Shown one piece after another: positions 25,240-32,000 of a stretch of 32,000 nt of DNA. The number at the start of each line of letters is the position of its first letter. Positions within the stretch are counted from its first letter, which is position 1. The stretch is from assembly GCF_000020025.1 (NCBI RefSeq), contig NC_010628.1, positions 1,050,001 through 1,082,000 on the forward strand, read 5' to 3'. Source of the stretch: Nostoc punctiforme PCC 73102. GTDB lineage: Bacteria > Cyanobacteriota > Cyanobacteriia > Cyanobacteriales > Nostocaceae. The position numbers were made by a program, and so were the translations under genes. The notes beneath the pieces were generated by a model that ran no database searches, had not been told where the DNA came from, and saw only the letters and a program-made list of their open reading frames with translations.

Positions 25240-25662
25240 ATGGAAGAACTGCTAGAACTTAGGCAATTTCTAGAACAAGGCAAAATCCATGAGGCGTTGC
25301 TGTTGGTGGATGAGTTAGAAGAAATGAGCCTCAGTGACAAAATCAATAAAATTGATAGTTATGGTGTAATTCTGCTCATCCATTTAATTAAACAAAAGGC
25401 TGAAAAACGTTCGACTCGCTCTTGGGATGTTTCGATAGAAAATACAGTGCGTGAAATCAACAAAATAAACAAGCGCCGCAAATCCGGTGGCTTTTACTTG
25501 AATCAAGCAGAATTAATCGATATTCTGCAACAAGGATATCAAGTGGCACTGAAAAGAGCGGCGCTAGAAGCTTTTGAGGGGCGTTATGAAGCCCAAGAAT
25601 TAGCTGCAATGGTTGACCAGCAAGAAACTTTAACCGAAGCGCTGAAACTGATTCAACAATAG
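25240..25662 (+). CDS. DUF29-like helical protein
   Basis: 140 aa, predicted all-helical. The segment LSDKINKIDSYGVILLIHLIKQKAEKRSTRSWDVSIENTVREI resembles the conserved core of the cyanobacterial DUF29 family as I remember it. Not verified by search. Confidence 0.55.
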   Translation: MEELLELRQFLEQGKIHEALLLVDELEEMSLSDKINKIDSYGVILLIHLIKQKAEKRSTRSWDVSIENTVREINKINKRRKSGGFYLNQAELIDILQQGYQVALKRAALEAFEGRYEAQELAAMVDQQETLTEALKLIQQ

Positions 25663-26606
25663 CCAATCAATTCACTATCATTCCATTCCAAAGTATCGCC
25701 AATTTTTTCGCCGTCGTGATAGGCGGCGAGTAAAATTTCGCTGGTTTTGCCCCAAGCGATCGCTCCACTAGCATCTAAAGCGATCGCTCCTAAATCTCGT
25801 TTGTTCTGGTGTGCTTCTCCAAAGGAACGCTGCATAGCCTCCTTCAGGGACATCCCATCAGTTACACGCACTACAATCCGGGGAGCTAAACACTCATCAA
25901 TGATATCTTCCCCAATGCCAGTACAGCTAACACCAGCATTACTAGTAGCATAATTACCTGCTGGCATCGCAGAATCACTTACCCTTCCAATCCGCTCAAA
26001 TCCCTTACCACCAGTAGAAGTGCCAGCAGCTAGCCTACCAAACACATCTAAAGCTACTACGCCGATGGTTCCGCGTCCAGCATTGCTGGTTTCTAGCAGT
26101 TCGGGTTCTGCTACCACGCCAGCCATTGTACTTTTAAAATTATCCTGGCGCTCTTGCATCCACTCTTGTAACCGCAAATCAGTTAAAGCATTATAGCTGG
26201 GAAGTTGCATTTCTCGCGCCAACTCAGCCGATCCAAAATCTGATAGCACTCGATCTGGCGAGTTTTGTAAAAATTGTGCTAATTCAATGGGATTTTTCAC
26301 CCGCGAAATATTAATTACACCACTAAATCGCCCTAATGTCCCATCCATTAGGGAAGCACTCATACGGATTTGACCATCAGATTGCAATACTGAACCAGTA
26401 CCAGCATTAAAGCGGGGGTTATCTTCGAGCATTTGGCAACCCTGCACCACCGCCTCAGAAGCAGTTGCTCCTGACAATAGCAGAGAATAGACTTCTTCTA
26501 TTACTGTATGGAGCGATCGGCGCACGGTCTCTAATCCGCCTTTACCGTGGAGAGAACTACCAGCTCCCCCATGAATAATTAATTTAGGTTGCACCTGTAA
26601 CTCCAT
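25653..26606 (-). CDS. Isoaspartyl peptidase / plant-type L-asparaginase (Ntn hydrolase)
   Basis: 317 aa. Motifs: IIHGGAGS, NAGTGSVL, the autoprocessing/nucleophile site GRGTIGVVALD, TSTGG, GRVSDS, TGIGEDII. Confidence 0.9.
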   Translation of the reverse strand: MELQVQPKLIIHGGAGSSLHGKGGLETVRRSLHTVIEEVYSLLLSGATASEAVVQGCQMLEDNPRFNAGTGSVLQSDGQIRMSASLMDGTLGRFSGVINISRVKNPIELAQFLQNSPDRVLSDFGSAELAREMQLPSYNALTDLRLQEWMQERQDNFKSTMAGVVAEPELLETSNAGRGTIGVVALDVFGRLAAGTSTGGKGFERIGRVSDSAMPAGNYATSNAGVSCTGIGEDIIDECLAPRIVVRVTDGMSLKEAMQRSFGEAHQNKRDLGAIALDASGAIAWGKTSEILLAAYHDGEKIGDTLEWNDSELIGYC

Positions 26607-26800
26607 TAATCCCCTGCGCTATTTGCGTCTGTGTTGCGATTAGTTTCATTTTGAGCTTCAGAACGGCGACGACGACAACGTTCTGAGCAGTATTTCACAT
26701 CGTCCCAGCAATCTTGCCACTTTTTACGCCATGTAAAAGGACGTTGACATACCGGACAAATTTTTGTAGGTAGGTCAGATTTAGAACGAACACGCCCCAT
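26606..26800 (-). CDS. DUF2256-type zinc-ribbon protein
   Basis: 64 aa with a four-Cys pattern CPVCQRPFTWRKKW ... KYCSERCRRRR. Its stop overlaps the peptidase start as TAATG (a 1-nt overlap). Confidence 0.75.
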   Translation of the reverse strand: MGRVRSKSDLPTKICPVCQRPFTWRKKWQDCWDDVKYCSERCRRRRSEAQNETNRNTDANSAGD

Positions 26801-26981
26801 ATAAATACTGTGTATATGAGAATTTGATTTCTGAGAGAGATGGAAGATAATTATAACCAGTTTGCTATGAAGGGAGAATACTTTCGGAGAACAAATGTGT
26901 TGTCAATCTATCGTAAGACATATTTTTTGGGTATATACTATTATAGGTAATTTACTTTGGCTTCCCAGTAAGTTTTTTAAG

Positions 26982-29909
26982 TTAAGAATCATGACCAACT
27001 AAAGGCAACAGCAAACGGCTAACTACCCGGTTATCTGGTAATTGATAAAAATTCAACTCTCCTCCCAACTCCTGCATGAGGTTTTGGCAGATTAGTAGAT
27101 GTAAAGCTGGGGGTTGGTCGAGATTGGTGGGAGCAAGCACATCTTTGGATGTATTGTCATGTAGTTCTGTTAGTAGCTGTGGTTCGATCGCACCGTTGTA
27201 TGTAATAGACAGTTCTAGCGATGTCTGATGTTCAGCCGCTCCAGTTGTAGAAGAAGAATATTTTATATCTAAGGGTTTTGACGCATCTAAACGGCGACAC
27301 CAAATGTCAATTCTGCTGCCAATTGGAGAACGGTTACAGGCAGTAACCAATAATTCATGGATAACTAATTCAATTTTGACAATATCACCAGCGATCGCCA
27401 TTGCGGATTGAGAGCTTGAACTAGGAACGCCTCTGGCTAATGGAGAATTCTTTGGTGATTCTTGCTCATCAATTGGTTGTCCCAAGCCATGTACACCAAT
27501 CCACAGCTTTTGTTGTTTGAGTAAATTGTCGATGCGTTCGAGCGATCGCTTCAGTAAACTGGCTATGGGCATAGTTTCCCAACTGATATGTAGTTGCCAG
27601 TTCTCAAGTTTTAGCATTCCACTCATGGAAGTGGCTGTGTGGTCTAATTGTCTTAGCAATAGCTGGTAGCGCATCTGAGTCAGTTCATTCGCAGGAATAC
27701 CCAAATCATGTATTTGTTTCAGGGATAGTGCCGTTATTCTTTGGATTTCCTCTAGACGACGATGTTTGTACCAGTTGAGTTGTCGTAATTCCTCTGTTGT
27801 GGACTCTAAAAGTCGGTTAATTTGTTTTTGACGACGCCACCAAGCTAATTGAGAAATCAGAGTTGCGATCGCATTGAGGTTTTGTTGTGACCAGCGACGC
27901 TCTTGATAGTCTGCTAATAACACTACACCTGTGATTTCATAATCAGCATTGGTACGTAATGCCATCACCAAAATTTGACCTTTATCTGGAATATTCAACC
28001 ATTTTCGAGTTTCCGAGGGTAAATTATCTACCTTCAAAGTCAAGTAATTCTCCGTAACCAGTGCCCACTGAATTAGGGCTTCAGACTGGATAGGAATAGA
28101 GGCATCGGAAAAAATCCCAAATTGGCTATTGTCAGTCACTCCAGGAATAATTTCTGCCAAATTTTCACCGGGCGACCAAGATAGCAGTAACGCCAGGGGA
28201 CAACCCAGAATTGATGCTATTTGTTCGAGTGCTGTATGTTCTAAATGCTTTTTATCGACCTCGACTTTGCTGTTCTGGGTTTGTGTCAGGATATTTAAGC
28301 ATTGCTCAAACGCCTGGGAAGTTTTTTGCTGCTGGGTAGTGCGGTTGTGTAATTGCCACTGACGAACAATCACACCTATCTGTTGACTAACAGCCCACAG
28401 TAACTCTTTTTCGAGAGTTGTCCAAGAACGATAGGTTTCGTGAGTGATGACCAAAAGTGCTGCTGGAATATGACCGTGAGTGCATTTACAAATAAGTAGC
28501 GATCGCACTCCACTTTCTAGTAAAGAGGGCCGCCAGTTAAAAAAGCGTAAATCTTCATCTAAATTCTCAATCTCCACCGCTTCCGTTGAACGTTGCAAAA
28601 GCTGTCCATCTAATTCTTTGAGAGTATTCAGGGTAAATGTCAGCGGTCGGCGATTATGAGGCTGACTTTGGTAAATAAATTGATAATTATTCTGTTCAGG
28701 ATCGTACTGCAACAGCAAAAAACGGGTGGCTGTTAATCGAGCTAAAACTTTTTTAGCACAGCTGTGTAAAGTTTCCTGAAGGTCATGTTCGCTATAGATA
28801 CCTTGGGCAACTTGACCAGTCAGTTGGGCATCCTCTTGAATCTGTTTAATAGTGCTTTCCATACTTTCGTTAGGTGCAATCAAAGAGATTAAACCAGCCA
28901 CACCCTGAACAAAATTTTTGTCTGCCTCCGTCCAGATTCGAGGTTCATTGCTTTCCACCGCCAGAAAACCAAGCAAGTTCTTTTGCCAGATTATTGGAGC
29001 GGCCAGGAGCGATCGCACTTTCAGCTTTTGCAGTAATTTTGCCGTAAAATGGCTTTTCAAAGAACTCCGTGCATCACCAATTGAAACAATTTGGTTAACT
29101 GCCAAAGCATAATAAAAGTCACTCAAGTCCTGTACAGTCATTCCCGCCGCTTGCTGAGTGCTGGAATTGCGATCGCTTTTGACAAGCTGATTGCTCATCC
29201 GACACCAAAAGTAGCGTCCTTCTCGCTCAAACCAATAAATATTTGTCCGACTAGGGGAGACAAATTTATGAGTTGCTTGCACCCCTGCTTCCAGCCTTTG
29301 ATTAAGGTTATTGAGGGTGCGTAAATTTTCAAGCAATTCTAATAATGGCTCATCGGTTCGCTTGGTTTGCTTTTGCTGCTTATGTATCTCCTGTTGATAA
29401 AGCAATGCCCCCAATTCACCTAAAACCATCATCAAACGTGCTTTTGCTTCCCCTGTCAGTAAATAGCCCCAGCGTTCTGAACCCAGTAACAGCAAACCCA
29501 AGCAACGATCTTTATAGCGAATTGGTAAAAGAATCGTTCCTTGGATCTGCAATTTTTCAGCAATTTTGCGCCATTCGGCGGCGCGGATTTCAGTTTGTAA
29601 ATCAGCTATGCCCAAGGGGTGTTGTTCAATCACCACTTGCTCTAATAAATCCCCAGGACTGAGAACAACCTTTTGGTATAAAAAGCTCGTGTCGCGATCC
29701 GGTGTAATACCGCCTTTGCCGAATAATATGTGATTCAGGCGATCGTAAAGGGCAATCCAAATCAGTTTGTAGTCAAACTGTTCTTTAAGATAAGAAATAG
29801 TAGTTTCAATCAGAACGTCAACATCATCTTCTTCTCTGAGGCTCTGGAGGACGCGCCCCAAAGAGAGGATCTGTTGTTCGGCGGCTATAGGTTTTTGCGG
29901 CTGCCCCAT
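26982..29909 (-). CDS. Four-GAF-domain histidine-kinase-like signalling protein (divergent H-box, degenerate ATP-binding boxes)
   Basis: 975 aa. Four GAF-type module ends are recognisable: CLGLLLLGSERWGY; LLGFLAVESNEPRIWTEADKNF; AALLVITHETYRSWTTLEKEL; TGVVLLADYQERRWSQQNLN. A coiled region with WYKHRRLEEIQRI stands in place of HE[LF]RTP. The HATPase-like tail is IHELLVTACNRS ... ITYNGAIEP ... ALHLLICQNLMQELGGELNF. Confidence 0.8.
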   Translation of the reverse strand: MGQPQKPIAAEQQILSLGRVLQSLREEDDVDVLIETTISYLKEQFDYKLIWIALYDRLNHILFGKGGITPDRDTSFLYQKVVLSPGDLLEQVVIEQHPLGIADLQTEIRAAEWRKIAEKLQIQGTILLPIRYKDRCLGLLLLGSERWGYLLTGEAKARLMMVLGELGALLYQQEIHKQQKQTKRTDEPLLELLENLRTLNNLNQRLEAGVQATHKFVSPSRTNIYWFEREGRYFWCRMSNQLVKSDRNSSTQQAAGMTVQDLSDFYYALAVNQIVSIGDARSSLKSHFTAKLLQKLKVRSLLAAPIIWQKNLLGFLAVESNEPRIWTEADKNFVQGVAGLISLIAPNESMESTIKQIQEDAQLTGQVAQGIYSEHDLQETLHSCAKKVLARLTATRFLLLQYDPEQNNYQFIYQSQPHNRRPLTFTLNTLKELDGQLLQRSTEAVEIENLDEDLRFFNWRPSLLESGVRSLLICKCTHGHIPAALLVITHETYRSWTTLEKELLWAVSQQIGVIVRQWQLHNRTTQQQKTSQAFEQCLNILTQTQNSKVEVDKKHLEHTALEQIASILGCPLALLLSWSPGENLAEIIPGVTDNSQFGIFSDASIPIQSEALIQWALVTENYLTLKVDNLPSETRKWLNIPDKGQILVMALRTNADYEITGVVLLADYQERRWSQQNLNAIATLISQLAWWRRQKQINRLLESTTEELRQLNWYKHRRLEEIQRITALSLKQIHDLGIPANELTQMRYQLLLRQLDHTATSMSGMLKLENWQLHISWETMPIASLLKRSLERIDNLLKQQKLWIGVHGLGQPIDEQESPKNSPLARGVPSSSSQSAMAIAGDIVKIELVIHELLVTACNRSPIGSRIDIWCRRLDASKPLDIKYSSSTTGAAEHQTSLELSITYNGAIEPQLLTELHDNTSKDVLAPTNLDQPPALHLLICQNLMQELGGELNFYQLPDNRVVSRLLLPLVGHDS

Positions 29910-30194
29910 CTGATTTATTGGTTAACATAACTTGTAATATATAAGATGCCCAGAAAACCACCCTGAGTAATATCGCCATAAGTGTTTAATATTGAACCGG
30001 AACAGCTTAATAGGCGGTTATGTACCCACAAGTACCTATAGCAAAACAAACCGTTGATTTTTTCTTAGTTTGCGTCAGATTAAGTAATTTACCTTAAACA
30101 GCAAGAAGGCTCACACTGAACCCTACGGATTCAGTTTTGAGATGAATTGCGCGTGAGTTGACGACAGTCTTCTGAACGGGAAAGTGAGGTTTTT

Positions 30195-30386
30195 ATGACC
30201 GATAGAAATCTTGCTGCAATGAGTAGAGAACAATTAAGAGACTACGTGAAAAAACATCCACAAGACCAGGCTGCTTTCCAAACGTACATGGACAGGCTAC
30301 AAAATGAACCTGGTATTGAAATAACTTCAATGGATCAATTTGAGCAGCTAGTCCGCGAGAGAATTAGACAATCTCAAAATGAATGA
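30195..30386 (+). CDS. Small conserved-looking hypothetical protein (63 aa)
   Basis: ATG ORF with GAGG 8 nt upstream. The sequence is helical and charged (MSREQLRDYVKKHPQDQAAFQTYMDRL). It resembles small cyanobacterial proteins of unknown function. It ends 28 nt before pyrD. Confidence 0.5.
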   Translation: MTDRNLAAMSREQLRDYVKKHPQDQAAFQTYMDRLQNEPGIEITSMDQFEQLVRERIRQSQNE

Positions 30387-30414
30387 TCTGCGCTAGTTCC
30401 AAAAATCAAAGCTA

Positions 30415-31545
30415 ATGGATATTTATAAATTTGCAATTAGTCCGCTTTTGTTCAATGTGGTAAAAACAGACCCAGAGTGGTTACACCAGCAGACGATTCG
30501 CAGTTTTAGCTGGCTATCACAAACCCCTACTAGTTGGGCAAACCAACGCCTACAAAAATCTTTATCTCTGTACGATTCGCACCTAGAACAAAAGTTGTTT
30601 GGGCTAAATTTCCCAAATCCAGTAGGATTAGCAGCTGGGTTTGACAAGGATGGAGTAGCTGCTGGTATTTGGTCTAATCTGGGTTTTGGCTTTGCAGAAC
30701 TAGGAACTGTAACTTTTCACGCACAACCAGGAAATCCGCGTCCCCGTTTGTTTCGCTTACCGTTGGATAAAGCCGCTCTCAATCGTATGGGCTTTAACAA
30801 TCTCGGTGCAGCAGCAATGGCAACCCGTTTGGTACAGGAAAAACAGGAGTCTACCAACTTAATACCCATAGGGATAAATTTGGGTAAATCTAAGGTAACT
30901 CCTCTAGAAGAAGCCGCACAAGATTATCTCGATAGTTTTCGCCTACTCAAGGATTTGGGAGATTATTTTGTTGTTAATGTCTCTTCCCCTAATACGCCGG
31001 GGTTGCGATCGCTCCAAGATGCTTCTATGCTCAGTGCCATCTTGAATTTATTACAACAAGAAAACACTACACATAAACCAATTTTTGTCAAGATAGCGCC
31101 AGATTTAGATTGGGTTGCGATCGCTGAAATTATTTCTTTGGCTAAAACCTACAATTTGGCGGGAATTATCGCCACCAATACCACCATCCGCCGTGATGGA
31201 CTGAAAACCCAGGTAATTAACCAAACTGGCAAATCACCTCAAGAAGAAGCTGGCGGAATTAGCGGTGAACCATTGCGCGATCGCTCCACTGAGGTAATTC
31301 GTTTTATTTGGCAGCAAACCCAAGGAGAAATTCCAATTATTGGCGTTGGTGGCATTTTTTCCCCAGAGGATGCTTGGGAAAAAATTACTGCTGGTGCTAG
31401 TTTAATCCAGGTTTATACTGGCTGGATTTACGAAGGCCCACTGATGGTACGCCGGATTCTAGAAGGTTTACTTTCCAAGCTAGAACAAAACGGATTCAAT
31501 TCCATCAGAGAAGCTGTGGGCTTAGAAATAAAAAGTAAAAAGTAA
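30415..31545 (+). CDS. pyrD: Dihydroorotate dehydrogenase (quinone), class 2
   Basis: 376 aa. Motifs: [64 protein letters not shown]. The N-terminal extension is typical of class 2 enzymes. Confidence 0.93.
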   Translation: MDIYKFAISPLLFNVVKTDPEWLHQQTIRSFSWLSQTPTSWANQRLQKSLSLYDSHLEQKLFGLNFPNPVGLAAGFDKDGVAAGIWSNLGFGFAELGTVTFHAQPGNPRPRLFRLPLDKAALNRMGFNNLGAAAMATRLVQEKQESTNLIPIGINLGKSKVTPLEEAAQDYLDSFRLLKDLGDYFVVNVSSPNTPGLRSLQDASMLSAILNLLQQENTTHKPIFVKIAPDLDWVAIAEIISLAKTYNLAGIIATNTTIRRDGLKTQVINQTGKSPQEEAGGISGEPLRDRSTEVIRFIWQQTQGEIPIIGVGGIFSPEDAWEKITAGASLIQVYTGWIYEGPLMVRRILEGLLSKLEQNGFNSIREAVGLEIKSKK

Positions 31546-31568
31546 AAAACAAACCTTTAAAGTCCTTT

Positions 31569-31596
31569 CTTTTGCCTTTTGCCTTTTAACTTTTGC
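31569..31596. repeat. Heptamer repeat (CTTTTGC x2, CTTTTAA, CTTTTGC) in the convergent spacer
   Basis: Read directly. Related GGCAAAA/TTTTGCC strings also occur at 20-35 and 112-125. Confidence 0.75.
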
Positions 31597-31600
31597 CTTA

Positions 31601-32000
31601 TTATTCCTCCTCTACTGGGAAAAACTCTTTAGTTTTTTCTGAGTATGACCAGGCAATACCATCAGGGTCTTTACTGCGACTCCATTCAGGAAACTCTGGA
31701 TCATTTCGTCGTTTATAAACCGTGCTGGAATAGACATTTAGACGTTTGGCAAGTTCAGATTGGATCAGAGAGCCAAAAATTAACTGTTTTTCCAGCGATC
31801 GTTTAGCTTCCTCATGGGTTAGGGTTGGCTCTGGTATTGATTCAGTTTCTGTTTCTTCCTCCTCAAGTGTTGTTGTCGTTGGTGGTGCTAAGAGCGATCG
31901 CGCAGTTTTAGTAACTGGTTGAGCCGGAAGTTCTTTGACAGGCTCACTACTGTCAAGAATATTGCCGAGAATGCTGGCAGTTATAAAGTAATAAGACTGG
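31601..32000 (-). CDS. Partial CDS (5' end outside the window) with a C-terminal helix-turn-helix-like segment
   Basis: My own hand translation of the minus strand is open from 31999 to the TAA at 31603-31601. It reads ...PPTTTTLEEEETETESIPEPTLTHEEAKRSLEKQLIFGSLIQSELAKRLNVYSSTVYKRRNDPEFPEWSRSKDPDGIAWSYSEKTKEFFPVEEE*. It is absent from the ORF track because no start codon lies in the window. Confidence 0.55.
   Translation of the reverse strand, partial: QSYYFITASILGNILDSSEPVKELPAQPVTKTARSLLAPPTTTTLEEEETETESIPEPTLTHEEAKRSLEKQLIFGSLIQSELAKRLNVYSSTVYKRRNDPEFPEWSRSKDPDGIAWSYSEKTKEFFPVEEE

Noticed and set aside
26951-26978. Hairpin plus T6 on the plus strand just beyond the stop of the minus-strand four-GAF gene.
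   Set aside because: The T-run is on the wrong strand for the flanking genes, and the stem is only about 5 bp plus 2 bp with mismatches. It cannot be called a terminator.
28129-29930. Five plus-strand ORFs (64-105 aa) antisense to the four-GAF gene.
   Set aside because: They are embedded antisense in a 975-aa ORF with repeated GAF signatures, and they have no motifs.

Overview
This looks like a chromosome segment from a Nostocales-type cyanobacterium. The evidence is more than 30 copies by eye of the HIP1 octamer GCGATCGC (about 1 per kb), heptameric STRR-like tandem repeats in several intergenic spacers, and a CyaC-type hybrid kinase/adenylate cyclase. I can support 24 protein-coding genes (one truncated by the window end) and one tRNA-Gly(UCC). 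In order they are: pstSCAB with a candidate Pho box; tRNA-Gly; a TonB-like membrane protein with TVTPKP repeats; cyaC (REC-GAF-GAF-HK-REC-cyclase); a GNAT acetyltransferase; an orphan 197-aa protein behind a 560-bp AT-rich spacer; hisC; a YqiA-like esterase; gor; a FecR-domain protein whose C-terminal half is 27 tandem 8-aa Thr/Pro repeats; a divergent putative outer-membrane beta-barrel protein; a two-domain rhodanese; stand-alone mnmD (MnmC methyltransferase module); a REC-HD-GYP regulator; glmU; a DUF29-like protein; isoaspartyl peptidase/asparaginase translationally coupled to a DUF2256 zinc-ribbon protein; a four-GAF histidine-kinase-like protein with degenerate catalytic motifs; a 63-aa protein; pyrD; and a partial HTH protein. 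I found no transposase, integrase, phage, CRISPR, restriction/defence or toxin-antitoxin content. I cannot honestly point to a clear-cut novel multi-gene system; this reads as core chromosome rich in signalling genes. The best leads are: (1) the FecR-repeat protein / beta-barrel divergent pair; (2) a 215-bp element closed by perfect 20-bp inverted repeats; (3) a 1-kb non-coding gap upstream of cyaC with an orphan terminator-like hairpin; (4) a 20-29 nt exact repeat shared by the GNAT 5' region and the FecR upstream spacer; (5) the degenerate four-GAF kinase; (6) the rhodanese-mnmD head-to-head pair. All functional calls come from motif recognition by eye. No database search was run.
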